This document shows positions 31,854 to 41,796 of a DNA stretch of 47,963 nucleotides, piece by piece. Each line of letters starts with the position of its first letter. Within the stretch, counting starts at the first letter, position 1. The DNA comes from an uncultured Methanosarcinaceae archaeon (GTDB lineage Archaea; Halobacteriota; Methanosarcinia; Methanosarcinales; Methanosarcinaceae): the NCBI GenBank assembly GCA_963721455.1, contig CAVRJG010000073.1, forward strand, positions 1 to 47,963, read 5' to 3'. The position numbers and the translations under genes were made by a program. Below the pieces are notes generated by a model. That model was given only the letters and a program-made list of their open reading frames with translations. It did not search any database and was not told where the DNA came from.

Positions 31854-32585
31854 TTATTTAGAGCTGAGAGACTCTGCTATGTCTGTTTTGGTGTCACTGC
31901 CGATAGCACGATATGCAATGCCAGCCAGAATAGCTCCAATGATCGGCGCTACCCAGAATAACCACAACTGCTGAATTGCCCAGCCGCCGACGAATAGTGC
32001 CTGCGATGTGCTGCGGGCTGGATTCACTGAAGTATTTGTTACCGGAATGCTTATCAGATGAATCAAAGTCAGCCCCAGCCCGATAGCTATCGGAGCGAAA
32101 CCGGATGGAGCACGGTAATCGGTCGAACCAAGGATGATGAAGAGAAACATGAAAGTCATCACGAGCTCACAGACCAGCGCTGCGAACATTGAGTACCCTC
32201 CTGGTGAGTGTTCTCCAAATCCGTTAGCAGCGAAACCGCTTTCGACCAGATCGAAGCCTGGTTTACCGCTGGCAATCTGAGAGAGCACAAAAGCTGCGAC
32301 GATTGCTCCTGTCAACTGTGCAACAATGTACGGGATAATGTCTTTTGCGGGAGTGCGACCGCCTACGAACAGGCCGATCGTAACAGCGGGATTGAGGTGA
32401 CAGCCTGAGATATGACCGATTGCGTAAGCCATCGTCAGAACGGTCAGTCCAAAAGCCAGGGCAACACCAACGAAGCCGATGCCTAACTTGGGGAAACCGG
32501 CCGCCAGAACTGCGCTTCCACAGCCGCCAAGAACCAACCAGAAAGTACCTACGAACTCTGCTAAAAATCTATGAGTTAAGTTCAT
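31854..32585 (-). CDS. aqpZ: Aquaporin Z
   Basis: [37 protein letters not shown]; start ATG 32585. Confidence 0.95.
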   Translation of the reverse strand: MNLTHRFLAEFVGTFWLVLGGCGSAVLAAGFPKLGIGFVGVALAFGLTVLTMAYAIGHISGCHLNPAVTIGLFVGGRTPAKDIIPYIVAQLTGAIVAAFVLSQIASGKPGFDLVESGFAANGFGEHSPGGYSMFAALVCELVMTFMFLFIILGSTDYRAPSGFAPIAIGLGLTLIHLISIPVTNTSVNPARSTSQALFVGGWAIQQLWLFWVAPIIGAILAGIAYRAIGSDTKTDIAESLSSK

Positions 32586-33082
32586 GAGAATCTCCTTCCT
32601 ATAAGAGTATTTTTGCATATCCCGCCGACATTTTAACGAAAATATTCGTTAAGCCTTTCGGCGTGGTCGGATTAGTTATTTACCTAATTCATAGTAGTCC
32701 TTATTGATACCCAATAAACCTCGCTTGCTTTTCAGTACATGACATGGATGCTGGTAATACTTTAGCATGAATGATATCATTCCAGAATTGGCTCTGTTAC
32801 AGATCTCACAATAATTAACTTAAGTCTCAAAAAAATTATTTTGGTCTACAAAGCGCTAATGACCCTTTTTAGCGGGATATGCAAAAATACCCATTTTCTA
32901 CTCTGTAACAGGTAATGTAGAATATCCCGTCTCTATTCCAGATACCGGCATAATACTTGTAGTCGTGATAATATGCCATTTGCATGCCAAAGTCAGGTAA
33001 ATATACTCCCGATAAATAAAAGCGAGCATAATATAAAAAGTTATTATAAAACTATAATTATATTGAGCATGCCCCAAAATCA

Positions 33083-33196
33083 GGTCGTGGGTGTGAGTTA
33101 TTGAAAACCGTAAACGCAAGAATCTCTCTACATTTTCCTCAAATACAGGAGATATACTCGCTTTTTCGGAATTGATCAATAACTCGTGTCACGACC
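33083..33196. mobile_element. 114 bp MITE with 8-bp target duplication
   Basis: GGTCGTG..GAGTTATTGA / TCAATAACTC..CACGACC; flanks CAAAATCA and CAAAAACA (7/8). Confidence 0.65.
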
Positions 33197-33577
33197 CAAA
33201 AACAAAACTTGTCTTAATTTCCAAAAAACTGGACTTTTGAGTCTCCTAACATTTTTCCATGTGATTCCATATGAAAGGCAAAGACCAGCATTACATCCCG
33301 AAACCGAAAGGATTCACACATGAAATTGCAGAGGAATCCAAACTACTTCGACAGGAGATCACCGAGGGAATTACCCGGATTTAGAGATTTTTTTATTGAT
33401 GGTGGCCAAATGCCAGCGAAATTAATCTAAATTTTAACGATCACAGAAAATATTAACAAGCGTCAGTGTTCGCGTCCGTTTTCTTAGGAGATAAAGGGAG
33501 AGCAATCTCCCTGACTTATCCGACAATTCAATAATCACCAGATTAGATTTTGGAACAGAGCCGTTATTCAGTCCTAT

Positions 33578-33789
33578 TTTAGTCCGCTTGAACGAGCGAA
33601 GAGAGTGAAACTTACCCACTGCCAGCTATAAATTGAACGTGGATTTACAGTAAGCCCACTTAAGCAAAAAACGATATCCCTTGTCCATAAATTAGTCCTC
33701 TCGAGCGCAGCGAGAAGGACACCGTGCTCCCGAAACGGAACTCGGGAAGGACACCGTGCTCCCGAAGCGGAACTCGGGAGGCACAACTC
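33578..33789. repeat. REP-like palindromic repeat cluster downstream of gad
   Basis: Same units as 13221-13414, with tandem AAGGACACCGTGCTCCCGAA.CGGAACTCGGG. Confidence 0.75.
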
Positions 33790-33792
33790 AGC

Positions 33793-35196
33793 TTATGTAA
33801 CAAAATGTCCTTCATCAGTTGATCTTTCTGGTTCGTGTCTCTCTTTTTTGCCTCCCTCAAGGATTTCACAAGCTTTCATAATGTCGTCAAAAAGCATGTC
33901 TGCCATTTCCTGGCTGAAATTCTCCTTTACCACCACGCGCATAAGAGCAAGATTTTCTGCGTTTTTGGGGAGAGTATATGCAGGAAGGATCCATCCTCTT
34001 TCTCGAAGTTTATGTGAAAGTTCAAAGATTGTGTAATTTGCAGGTTCCTTCAGTTTGACAGTAACGACAGGAAAAAACTCAGCTGAATTCAACAAGTCAA
34101 ATTTGCCTGAGCTCTCAAGTAATTTGGCAAGATAGCGGGCGTTTCCCATGATACCGATCATGATTTGTTTATAACCTTCCCTGCCAAAATGGAGAAGGTT
34201 ATAGTACTGTGCAAGCATCATGGAGCTACTTGATGAAAAGTTGAGGGAGTAAGTTGGGGTCTCATCCCCAAGATAATTCACATAAAATATAAGGTCCTTG
34301 GGAATTTCGCTTTTTTCACGGAAAAGAAGCCATCCCATGCTGGGATATACAAGTCCGTATTTGTGGCCTGAGACGTTTATGGATTTCACATGGGATAGCC
34401 TGAAGTCCCATTCAAGTTCTGGATTGACAAACGGAATTACGAAGCCTCCGCTAGCAGCGTCCACATGAATTGGAATATCCCATCCTTTTGTCTCTTTGAT
34501 ACTTACAAGCAGCTCGTTTATTTCCTGTATGGGATCCATTTCCCCCGTAAATGTAGTCCCCAGGATCGTCCCGACACAAATAGTGTTCTCGTCAATCAGT
34601 TCTTCTACCGTATCCCTGGAAATCGTAAAGCGGTCGGGTTCCATGGGTATGATCCTGGGTTCAACGTCAAAATATTTCGCAAACTTGTTCCAGCATACGT
34701 GTGCATCGGCACCGAAAATGATATTTGGTTTATCGACCGCTTTTTTCTCTTCCTCCCTGCGATTTTTCCATGTCCATTTATGAGCCAGAAGTGCCAGCAT
34801 TATCGCTTCGGAAGAGCCAACACAGCCCGTACCTGTAAAATCGGCATCTTCAGGTGCGTTATACAGGCGTCCCAGAATGTTGACAATTCGATCTTGGATT
34901 ACCTGGGTTTGTGGATATTGGAAATGGTCTATGAGGTTCTTCCCGATATTCTCTATAATTAGTCGGTCTGCTTCAGGTTCCATCCAGGTAGTCACAAAGC
35001 TGGAAAGATTAAGGGTAGGGTTCCCGTCAAGACACAGTTCGTCATGAATAAGGCGGTATGCCAGATTGGAAGGTGTTTTTTTCTCGGGAATTTCATATTT
35101 CGGCAAGTATCCTTCAGAATAAACACTGCTGTAAGCCTTAAGATACCATTTTTTCGAATCCTGGAGTTTCTTTAAATCTTTTTTCTCTGATAGCAA
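33793..35196 (-). CDS. gadB: Glutamate decarboxylase (PLP-dependent)
   Basis: LDGNPTLNLSSFVTTWME, GSSEAIML, HVDAASGG, WDFRL, SGHKYG. Confidence 0.93.
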   Translation of the reverse strand: MLSEKKDLKKLQDSKKWYLKAYSSVYSEGYLPKYEIPEKKTPSNLAYRLIHDELCLDGNPTLNLSSFVTTWMEPEADRLIIENIGKNLIDHFQYPQTQVIQDRIVNILGRLYNAPEDADFTGTGCVGSSEAIMLALLAHKWTWKNRREEEKKAVDKPNIIFGADAHVCWNKFAKYFDVEPRIIPMEPDRFTISRDTVEELIDENTICVGTILGTTFTGEMDPIQEINELLVSIKETKGWDIPIHVDAASGGFVIPFVNPELEWDFRLSHVKSINVSGHKYGLVYPSMGWLLFREKSEIPKDLIFYVNYLGDETPTYSLNFSSSSSMMLAQYYNLLHFGREGYKQIMIGIMGNARYLAKLLESSGKFDLLNSAEFFPVVTVKLKEPANYTIFELSHKLRERGWILPAYTLPKNAENLALMRVVVKENFSQEMADMLFDDIMKACEILEGGKKERHEPERSTDEGHFVT

Positions 35197-35628
35197 ATTC
35201 TTCTCCCCCTACTTTTTTGAGACTCTGTTCCAAAATCAAGTGATTTTTGGGTTATAGTTGAAAACGCAACAGTTGTAACTAACCCTCTTAAGGTTCTCAT
35301 GTACCTGCAATGGTTGCTAGATTATAGCCCAAATTTGATAGAAGCATAAATAGTGTAATGTATAGATGGACTTCACGCTTCTGTTTTCTTCGTACTATTC
35401 AAAGTTATATCCTGTATTTTTTGATTTCTGATATTTTTCATTTATCTAACAACATTGTACCGATGCAATGCGTTTTCTGTGATAAAATACTGTATTAATT
35501 CGCAGGATCTGTCAAACTTAGGTTACATAATGGATGTTCCGATATTAATAATTATGAGTTTGATAAAATTCCCCTCCACTAACTTGCATTTTGAGGCAAA
35601 AAGTTCAAAATTTTAAAGCTGGATGAGT

Positions 35629-36681
35629 CTAAAGGGGTAGATCACGTTGACTTATCGGGTAGGTATGTCCCCCTTCAAATGCCACATGTTTTGCAATGAG
35701 TCCATGATAAAGCTCTGGTCTTCGATCTTTCAGATAATCGCCTTCCGGATGAGTGGGTCCAAAATCGCTGGGAATAACATCTGCTATCAGGAGGGTTTCT
35801 TCCGGTCTGGCCACTAATAACAGATCGCCATTCGGACCGCATATAATCGAATTCCCTCTATATTGCCATGAATTATTACCAACTGTTTCATAACCACAGC
35901 GATTGGAATAAGCGATGAATATTTTGTTAAAATAGGCATTGGCGGGAATAATTTTTTTTGTAACATCAGGATAAGGCACTTGAGTACGTTTTCCATCTGA
36001 TAGTGTATAATAGTAATCAGCAGCTGTGGGAATTATGATTAACCTGGCTCCCTTAAGCGCCAGAATTCTCGACAATTCTGGAAATTCCGCTTCATAGCAA
36101 TTTAAAATCCCTACAGGAAAATCAGCTACTTTGACAACCGGAAACAGGTTTTCAGTACCTATTTCGGCATATCCAGATGAAAAATTATCTTTTTCAGCCT
36201 GTCCAAAAAGATGGGTTTTGCGGTAATTTTGCAGCAAGGAACCATCAGAATTTATAAAAGCGATAGAATCATAGTAACGAACTTCTCCTGGACTGGAATC
36301 CCTTTCAGGATAAGGAAAGATAATAGCCATATCATTGTCTTTGGCTACTTCGGAAACTTTTCTTATGGAGGGGCCATTAACCTCCTCTGCTAATTGTTTT
36401 ACCAATTCAGGGTTGAGAGCGTAACCAGTCAAGTACAACTCTGGAAAGCTGATTAGCTGGGCATCATACTTTTTAGCCTGCTTTACAACATCTTCAAGCT
36501 TTTCAATATTGACTTGTACTGCTTCAGGTGTTCCAACGGGACCTTCGCCCTGATAAATGGCCAGCCGTATTCCCTTCCCACGTTGCGGGCGATCTTTTTT
36601 TACTCTAGTGAGATAAATCATAATCTTGCTCCTTTTGGATATTTTCAACATTTTGAAATTTGGGTCATTGAGGTCAGTCAC
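35629..36681 (-). CDS. Carbon-nitrogen hydrolase (nitrilase superfamily amidase); start uncertain
   Basis: FPELYLTGY, YRKTHL, NCYEAEFPE (E-K-C triad), DRRPELY. Confidence 0.92.
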   Translation of the reverse strand: MTDLNDPNFKMLKISKRSKIMIYLTRVKKDRPQRGKGIRLAIYQGEGPVGTPEAVQVNIEKLEDVVKQAKKYDAQLISFPELYLTGYALNPELVKQLAEEVNGPSIRKVSEVAKDNDMAIIFPYPERDSSPGEVRYYDSIAFINSDGSLLQNYRKTHLFGQAEKDNFSSGYAEIGTENLFPVVKVADFPVGILNCYEAEFPELSRILALKGARLIIIPTAADYYYTLSDGKRTQVPYPDVTKKIIPANAYFNKIFIAYSNRCGYETVGNNSWQYRGNSIICGPNGDLLLVARPEETLLIADVIPSDFGPTHPEGDYLKDRRPELYHGLIAKHVAFEGGHTYPISQRDLPL

Positions 36682-36909
36682 TGAAAACCATAGCGAAAAG
36701 AAGACTCAGTTCCAAAATATAGGGCTAAAAGTGATTGTAACATCATTACTTAAAATGTAACTACTCAGATTTTAGAAGTATGGCTATTGATTTCAGTCGA
36801 ATACCCCGCAGCTTGGAGGCTGTCCGACAATTACTGTTGGTAATGAAATAATATCGTCTGCTGGTAAATTGGAATTTTTTTATGAGATTTGTTTTCTATT
36901 CCTTATTAC

Positions 36910-37633
36910 TCAAGTCTTAAAGTGAAAAGTTCCATTTATTCCATTTCTTTTTCTAATGATCTCGTTTTTATTTGAGTAAATCCATATTTTCTTCAAGTTA
37001 ACTGCTGTACATACCAAATTAAATTCATTTCTGACTGATTTTATTCCCCTTGTGAGAAATTCTCTAAACCCAAGATTCTCTTTATAGTTTCCAATTGCAG
37101 GTTCTACTACCTGCTGCCTTTGTCTGAATATTTCTTTTGCTTCTTCGGTTTTCATTTTATCTGCTAATTGCTTTCTTTCTTTTGAAAACTCAGCTATTTT
37201 TAACTGTCTAATTCCATCCTTTCTTTTTGTACAATTTTTGGTAAATTCACATTTTGACATTCGGTTCCCTTGTAAATTCTGTACTTTCTCATCCTTTCTT
37301 TCTCATAACCTTTACGCAAAAACTTCAATCTTTGATTTTCAGGGCAAATAAATTCATCAATTTCTTCATTATAGTCAAAATTACTAATATCGAACCTAAC
37401 ATCTTCTACGTTTTCTGTTATTGTTTTAGATACTTCTTGCTCTGGAATATATGGATCCAATTTTTTATCATTCAAATAATGTATGTTGTTTCCGCTATAG
37501 TATCCAGTGTCTGCACATAGTTTAGTGCCTACTTTTAATAAACCACAATTTTCTTCTACAAGTTCAATTTGAGGCTTCAATTGATACGTATCGTTTCTGT
37601 CTTGACATACATCGTTTGCAACTATAATTCCTA
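36910..37633 (-). pseudogene. IS1182-type transposase C-terminal part, frameshifted; continues at 38879-38902 beyond the IS630 insertion
   Basis: ADTGYYSG, DEFICP, RQQVVEPAIG..K..LGFREFLTRG; excising IS630 restores QITVDHKLGIIVANDV. Confidence 0.85.
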
Positions 37634-38876
37634 GTGCATCGATTCTGAATTATATGCATAAATCATTATATTAGTAAGACTATAAATGTACTTATGCCTC
37701 GCATAAGTCTTCGTCCCAAATTATCATTTACTCAACAAGAGTTAGACTATCTGACCAAGTTAAGTCGTTCTAGAAATCAAATTGCAAGCATTGTTGAAAG
37801 ATCCAAGATTGTACTTTTGAGCTATCAGGGAAAAAACGATACTGAGATCTCCAGAGAGTTGAAAGTAGATTACAAAACTGTGAGAGAATGGATAAAAAGG
37901 GTTTTGGATCTTGGAGTTAAAGAAGGCCTGGTAGACAAATCAAGAAGTGGAAGACCTCAAGATATTAGTGCTGAATCACGAGCTTGGGTAGTCTCACTTG
38001 CTTGTATGAAACCAAAAGATCTTGGTTATCCTCATGAAATATGGACTCAGAGGCTCCTTGTTGAATATATCAGGGAGAATTGTATCAAAGAGAAACATCC
38101 TGATTTATCGAAGATAAATCAGGGGACAATTTCAAAGATTCTCAATGCAAGCAAAATAAAACCACATAAGATTAGCTGTTACATTGCTAAAGTTGATCCC
38201 GATTTTGATCAAAAAGCAGCCAATGTCCTGGATACATATAGAGAGTCTAAAAGACTAAGTGAAAAAAAAGAAAAACGAAGAAATTAAAACAGTGATTATT
38301 TCTTACGATGAAAAACCAGGTATTCAGGCAATTGGAAATGTTTATCCAGATCTTATGCCAGTAGAAGGGCATTATTCTACAATAGCAAGAGATTATGAGT
38401 ATAAAAGACATGGGACTCTTTCACTATTAGCTGGAATTGACTTGATATCTGGGATAATTTATTATAAAGTATTTGAGCAGCATAGAAGCTGCGAATTCGT
38501 TGAATATCTCAAAGGACTTGAGTCAACATACTTAGAAGAAAAAATCATAATTATACTGGATAATCTAAAAATTCATACATCAGAAGAAACTCGGGAATAC
38601 CTGGCGACGGTTCCTGATAAATTTGAATTCGTATTCACGCCCAAACATGCTTCGTGGTTGAATATTATTGAGAGTTTTTTCAGTAAAATGGTGAGGAGCT
38701 TGTTGAGAGGAATAAGAGTAGACTCAATGAATGAATTAAAAGAAAGAATTAGTCAATATATAAACCAGATTAACGAAAAGCAAGTTCTATTTACGTGGAG
38801 ATATAAAATGGAAAAAATGGATGAAATGCCTGGTGGAATCACAGTCTAAAAGGGCGTTAATTAGGAATCGATGCAC
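37634..38876 (+). mobile_element. IS630-family element; transposase in two frames (37694-38287, 38259-38849)
   Basis: IRs GTGCATCGATTC / GAATCGATGCAC, TA duplication in CTAG; YDEK, LDN, PKHASWLNIIE; frame junction at A8 run 38262-69. Confidence 0.93.
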
Positions 38877-38902
38877 TAGTTTATGATCGACCGTTATTTG
38901 AG

Positions 38903-40170
38903 GGCAGTGTACCGAAAGTTCTGTAAAATATGATTGACTCTGTATCCTTTTCTTTTCACCACAAAAAAACAGGATGCAGAGTCAATGGTTAATTTATTCT
39001 CACTTATAAAAGATTATCTTGTCGATCAGGAAGATGGAATTCGCCAGCTAATTACCTGGTTTTTAAACCTTATAATGGAGGAGGAAGCCCTCCTCCAAGC
39101 TGGCGCACAACGTTATGAGCGGATTGATTCACGTAAAGCCAGTAGAAATGGCTACAAACCCCGAACTCTTCTGACCAAGCATGGAAAACTTGAATTGTCA
39201 AAGCCTCAATTCCGTGAGTTTCCCTTTGAAACCCAGGTTTTTGAGAAATATTCGAGAGTTGAAAAGGCCATCTTAACCGCTATAGCGGAATCTTACCTTC
39301 AGGGTGTTTCCACCCGTAGGGTGGAAAAGATCATGATCGCTTTAGGAGTAGGTGAAATCTCAGCCTCTTCTGTTTCCAGGATTACTAAAGAACTGGATGA
39401 GAAGGTTGAAGAATTCCTCTCAAAACGAATAGAACATGAAATTCCTTACTTGTTTATTGATGCGACTTATTTCAAGGTAAGAGATGGGCTTCATTATGAA
39501 AACAAAGCTCTCTTCGTAGTTGCTGGAATCAGGGATGACGGTTACCAAGAGATACTTGGAACAAGATTGGCAGACAGTGAAGCTTCTATGTTCTGGGAAG
39601 ATCTATTCGAGGATCTGAAAGAAAGAGGGTTAAGAGGTGTCAAGTTAATCGTTTCTGATGGTCATAAAGGAATACAGAAAGCAGTAAGAGAATCCTTTAT
39701 TGGATCAAGTTGGCAGATGTGTCATGTACATCTGACAAGACAAGTTCTCAAGAAGGTGCCAAAAAAGAAGCAGAAAGAAGTGGCTGAGAAGATAAAAGAA
39801 GCATTAGTCGACCGTCAGAACTTGAATCACCTGATTAGGGAACTGGACAGTATGGGGTATAAAAGCGCAGCTGATACCCTTGAAAGTTTTCAGTATGATG
39901 TAATGAACTATATGCAGTTTCCAGAAAAACACTGGAAAAAAATAAGGACAACAAATATGATGGAAAGGACTAACAAGGAACTCAAAAGAAGAAGCAAGGT
40001 AGTTGGAGCATTTCCTAACCAGGACTCAGTATTGAGACTTGTAGTCTCAATACTAATTGATATAAATGAAGACTGGATCACAGGAAACAAGTATATAGTA
40101 ATGGAACAGTAATCAAAAAAGAAGACGAAGGGGTAGAGAGTAGATTTTACAGAAAATTAGGCACACTGCC
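38903..40170 (+). mobile_element. IS256-family element with intact transposase ORF 38934-40112
   Basis: IRs GGCAGTGT..TTCTGTAAAAT / ATTTTACAGAA..ACACTGCC; RNGY, IDATYFKVR, VSDGHKG, CHVH, TTNMMERTN; no target duplication. Confidence 0.93.
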
Positions 40171-40576
40171 TTGTTTTCATATCCGTTGGAATAATAAGTA
40201 ATATTATTTCAACAAATTTTTGCCTATTTTTTACGATTCAATTTGACAGATGATTCTCTTTCTCTTGATGGCTATTTTCATAATTTTTGATCAAATTTTT
40301 GGTATAGAATTTGACAGATAGCATGAATCTCAGATAAAACATAGATACTATCCAAAAAGTCAGGTGCCAAAAGTGTCAAAATTGGACAAAAATTTCTACT
40401 TATTTGCCTTATAGTGATTGTGAAGCTGGAAAATCAGAGGCAATTTGATGAGATTTATGAATACTGTCAATTGTTTTTAGACGAAAAATTGAGGCTTCTC
40501 ACTAAATTGAATTTATACTGTCAAACTAAGGTAATAATTGATATATTCAAAGCAGAAACTTCAATTACCTAAGGTA

Positions 40577-41651
40577 TAGTCACCATTTTAAATAATGCGA
40601 CATTTTGTGTGTAAATGTATGTTTCTCCCAAAACTCATCCAGTTCTTCTTTCAATACTTTAATATTTTTGAATGATTTTATTGACGTTAACTCTTCTCTT
40701 GTCGTTTTCCAACAATATTCTGTTGGGTTCCTATCTGGAGTAGCTGGAGGGAAAAATAGTATTTGCAACCAATGTTTGTTATTTTGATAGAATTCCTTTA
40801 CCTTTGTGGATCTATGCCATGGAGCTCTGTCCAGTAGAAGAAATATCCTTGTTCCTATATCTCTTTGAAACTTGATTAATGATTTTAAGAAAGAGTCTGT
40901 ATTCTGTTTACTTCCTAAATCATACCAATAAAAGTCTCCGTTTTCAGTGTAGAATCCCCCAATATTGATTTTGGCTTTTGAACCACTTGTAAATTTAATA
41001 GGTTTAGAGCCTTTGATTGCCCAACATTTTGATCTATTTGAATCCACACAAAAACTACTCTCATCGTGAGTGACGAATAAATGGTTAGGGTTTAGTAGTC
41101 TTTTTTTGAATTTCGGCAATAAATTCGTTTGTGAGTGCCTCATTTCGCCTTTTTGATCTAGGTCTACATGTAATTCTACTAAACCCTAAATTTTTAATAA
41201 TTTGTCTCATTCTTGATTTGGAATAAGATATTCCGAATTTCTCTCTGACAAATTGAATTGCATCTTTTGTTTGCCAACCGCGAGAATAGCCATCGTCTGT
41301 TGGTATTGGCTCTGATAATGCTTTCCTTAACTCAGAAAGTTGCTTTGATGTTAAAAAAGACTTTACTCCTCGACCAGGTTTACATTTAAGGTTGTACAAA
41401 CCTTCTTTTTCAGCTCGTTTTATCCAACGATGAACTGTTGAACGGTGAACTGAAAAATCTTCTGCAACTTTAGCTGGACTCAAACCATTTTTAACCAATA
41501 ATAAGGCTTGAAGTCTTATCTTCTCATTTTTGTCACAGGAACGACATATAGCTGTGGCAATATCAGAAGTAGTAAACATTTCCAAACTCATAACTAAATT
41601 AATATAATTATTTCAAATATATAAATGTTGCATTATATGGGGAGGTGACTA
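40577..41651 (-). mobile_element. IS630-family element; transposase in two frames (41085-41591, 40580-41143)
   Basis: IRs TAGTCACC / GGTGACTA with TA duplication; HTH N-terminus, HDES, LDRAPWH, PDRNPTE; junction at A7 run 41101-07. Confidence 0.9.
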
Positions 41652-41796
41652 TAATTGTCGGACAGCCTCCTTGCCGTGGGGTGCACCAGCGCAATTTTTA
41701 TTTCAGAATCCGTTTTTTATCTATCAATGTTTACCAGGTGAACTTTAACTGAAAATATGCTTTCACCGCGTCTTTGGGTGTATAACTTCTTGAAAC

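Larger units (their letters stand above)
36816..41669 (-). mobile_element. IS1182-type element (decayed) hosting three nested IS
   Basis: IRs GAGGCTGTCCGACAATT / AATTGTCGGACAGCCTC, flanked by CTTG duplication (36812-15, 41670-73). Confidence 0.88.

Noticed and set aside
31568-31974. Short ORFs crossing the MITE (also 6397-6818, 13224-13451, 33574-33869)
   Set aside because: Translate repeat DNA; no protein-like features
32790-32911. Possible MITE with CTGTTACAGA / TCTGTAACAG ends
   Set aside because: Only a 10-bp IR, no duplication, no second copy in window
33271-33384. 37-aa ORF MKGKDQHYIPK..
   Set aside because: No RBS, motif or paralog to support it
34465-34962. 165-aa plus-strand ORF
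   Set aside because: Antisense shadow of glutamate decarboxylase
17206-35631. Pyrrolysine read-through at TAG stops (SDH protease, amidase, others)
   Set aside because: The TAGs fall at the expected C-termini; no split domain across a TAG was seen
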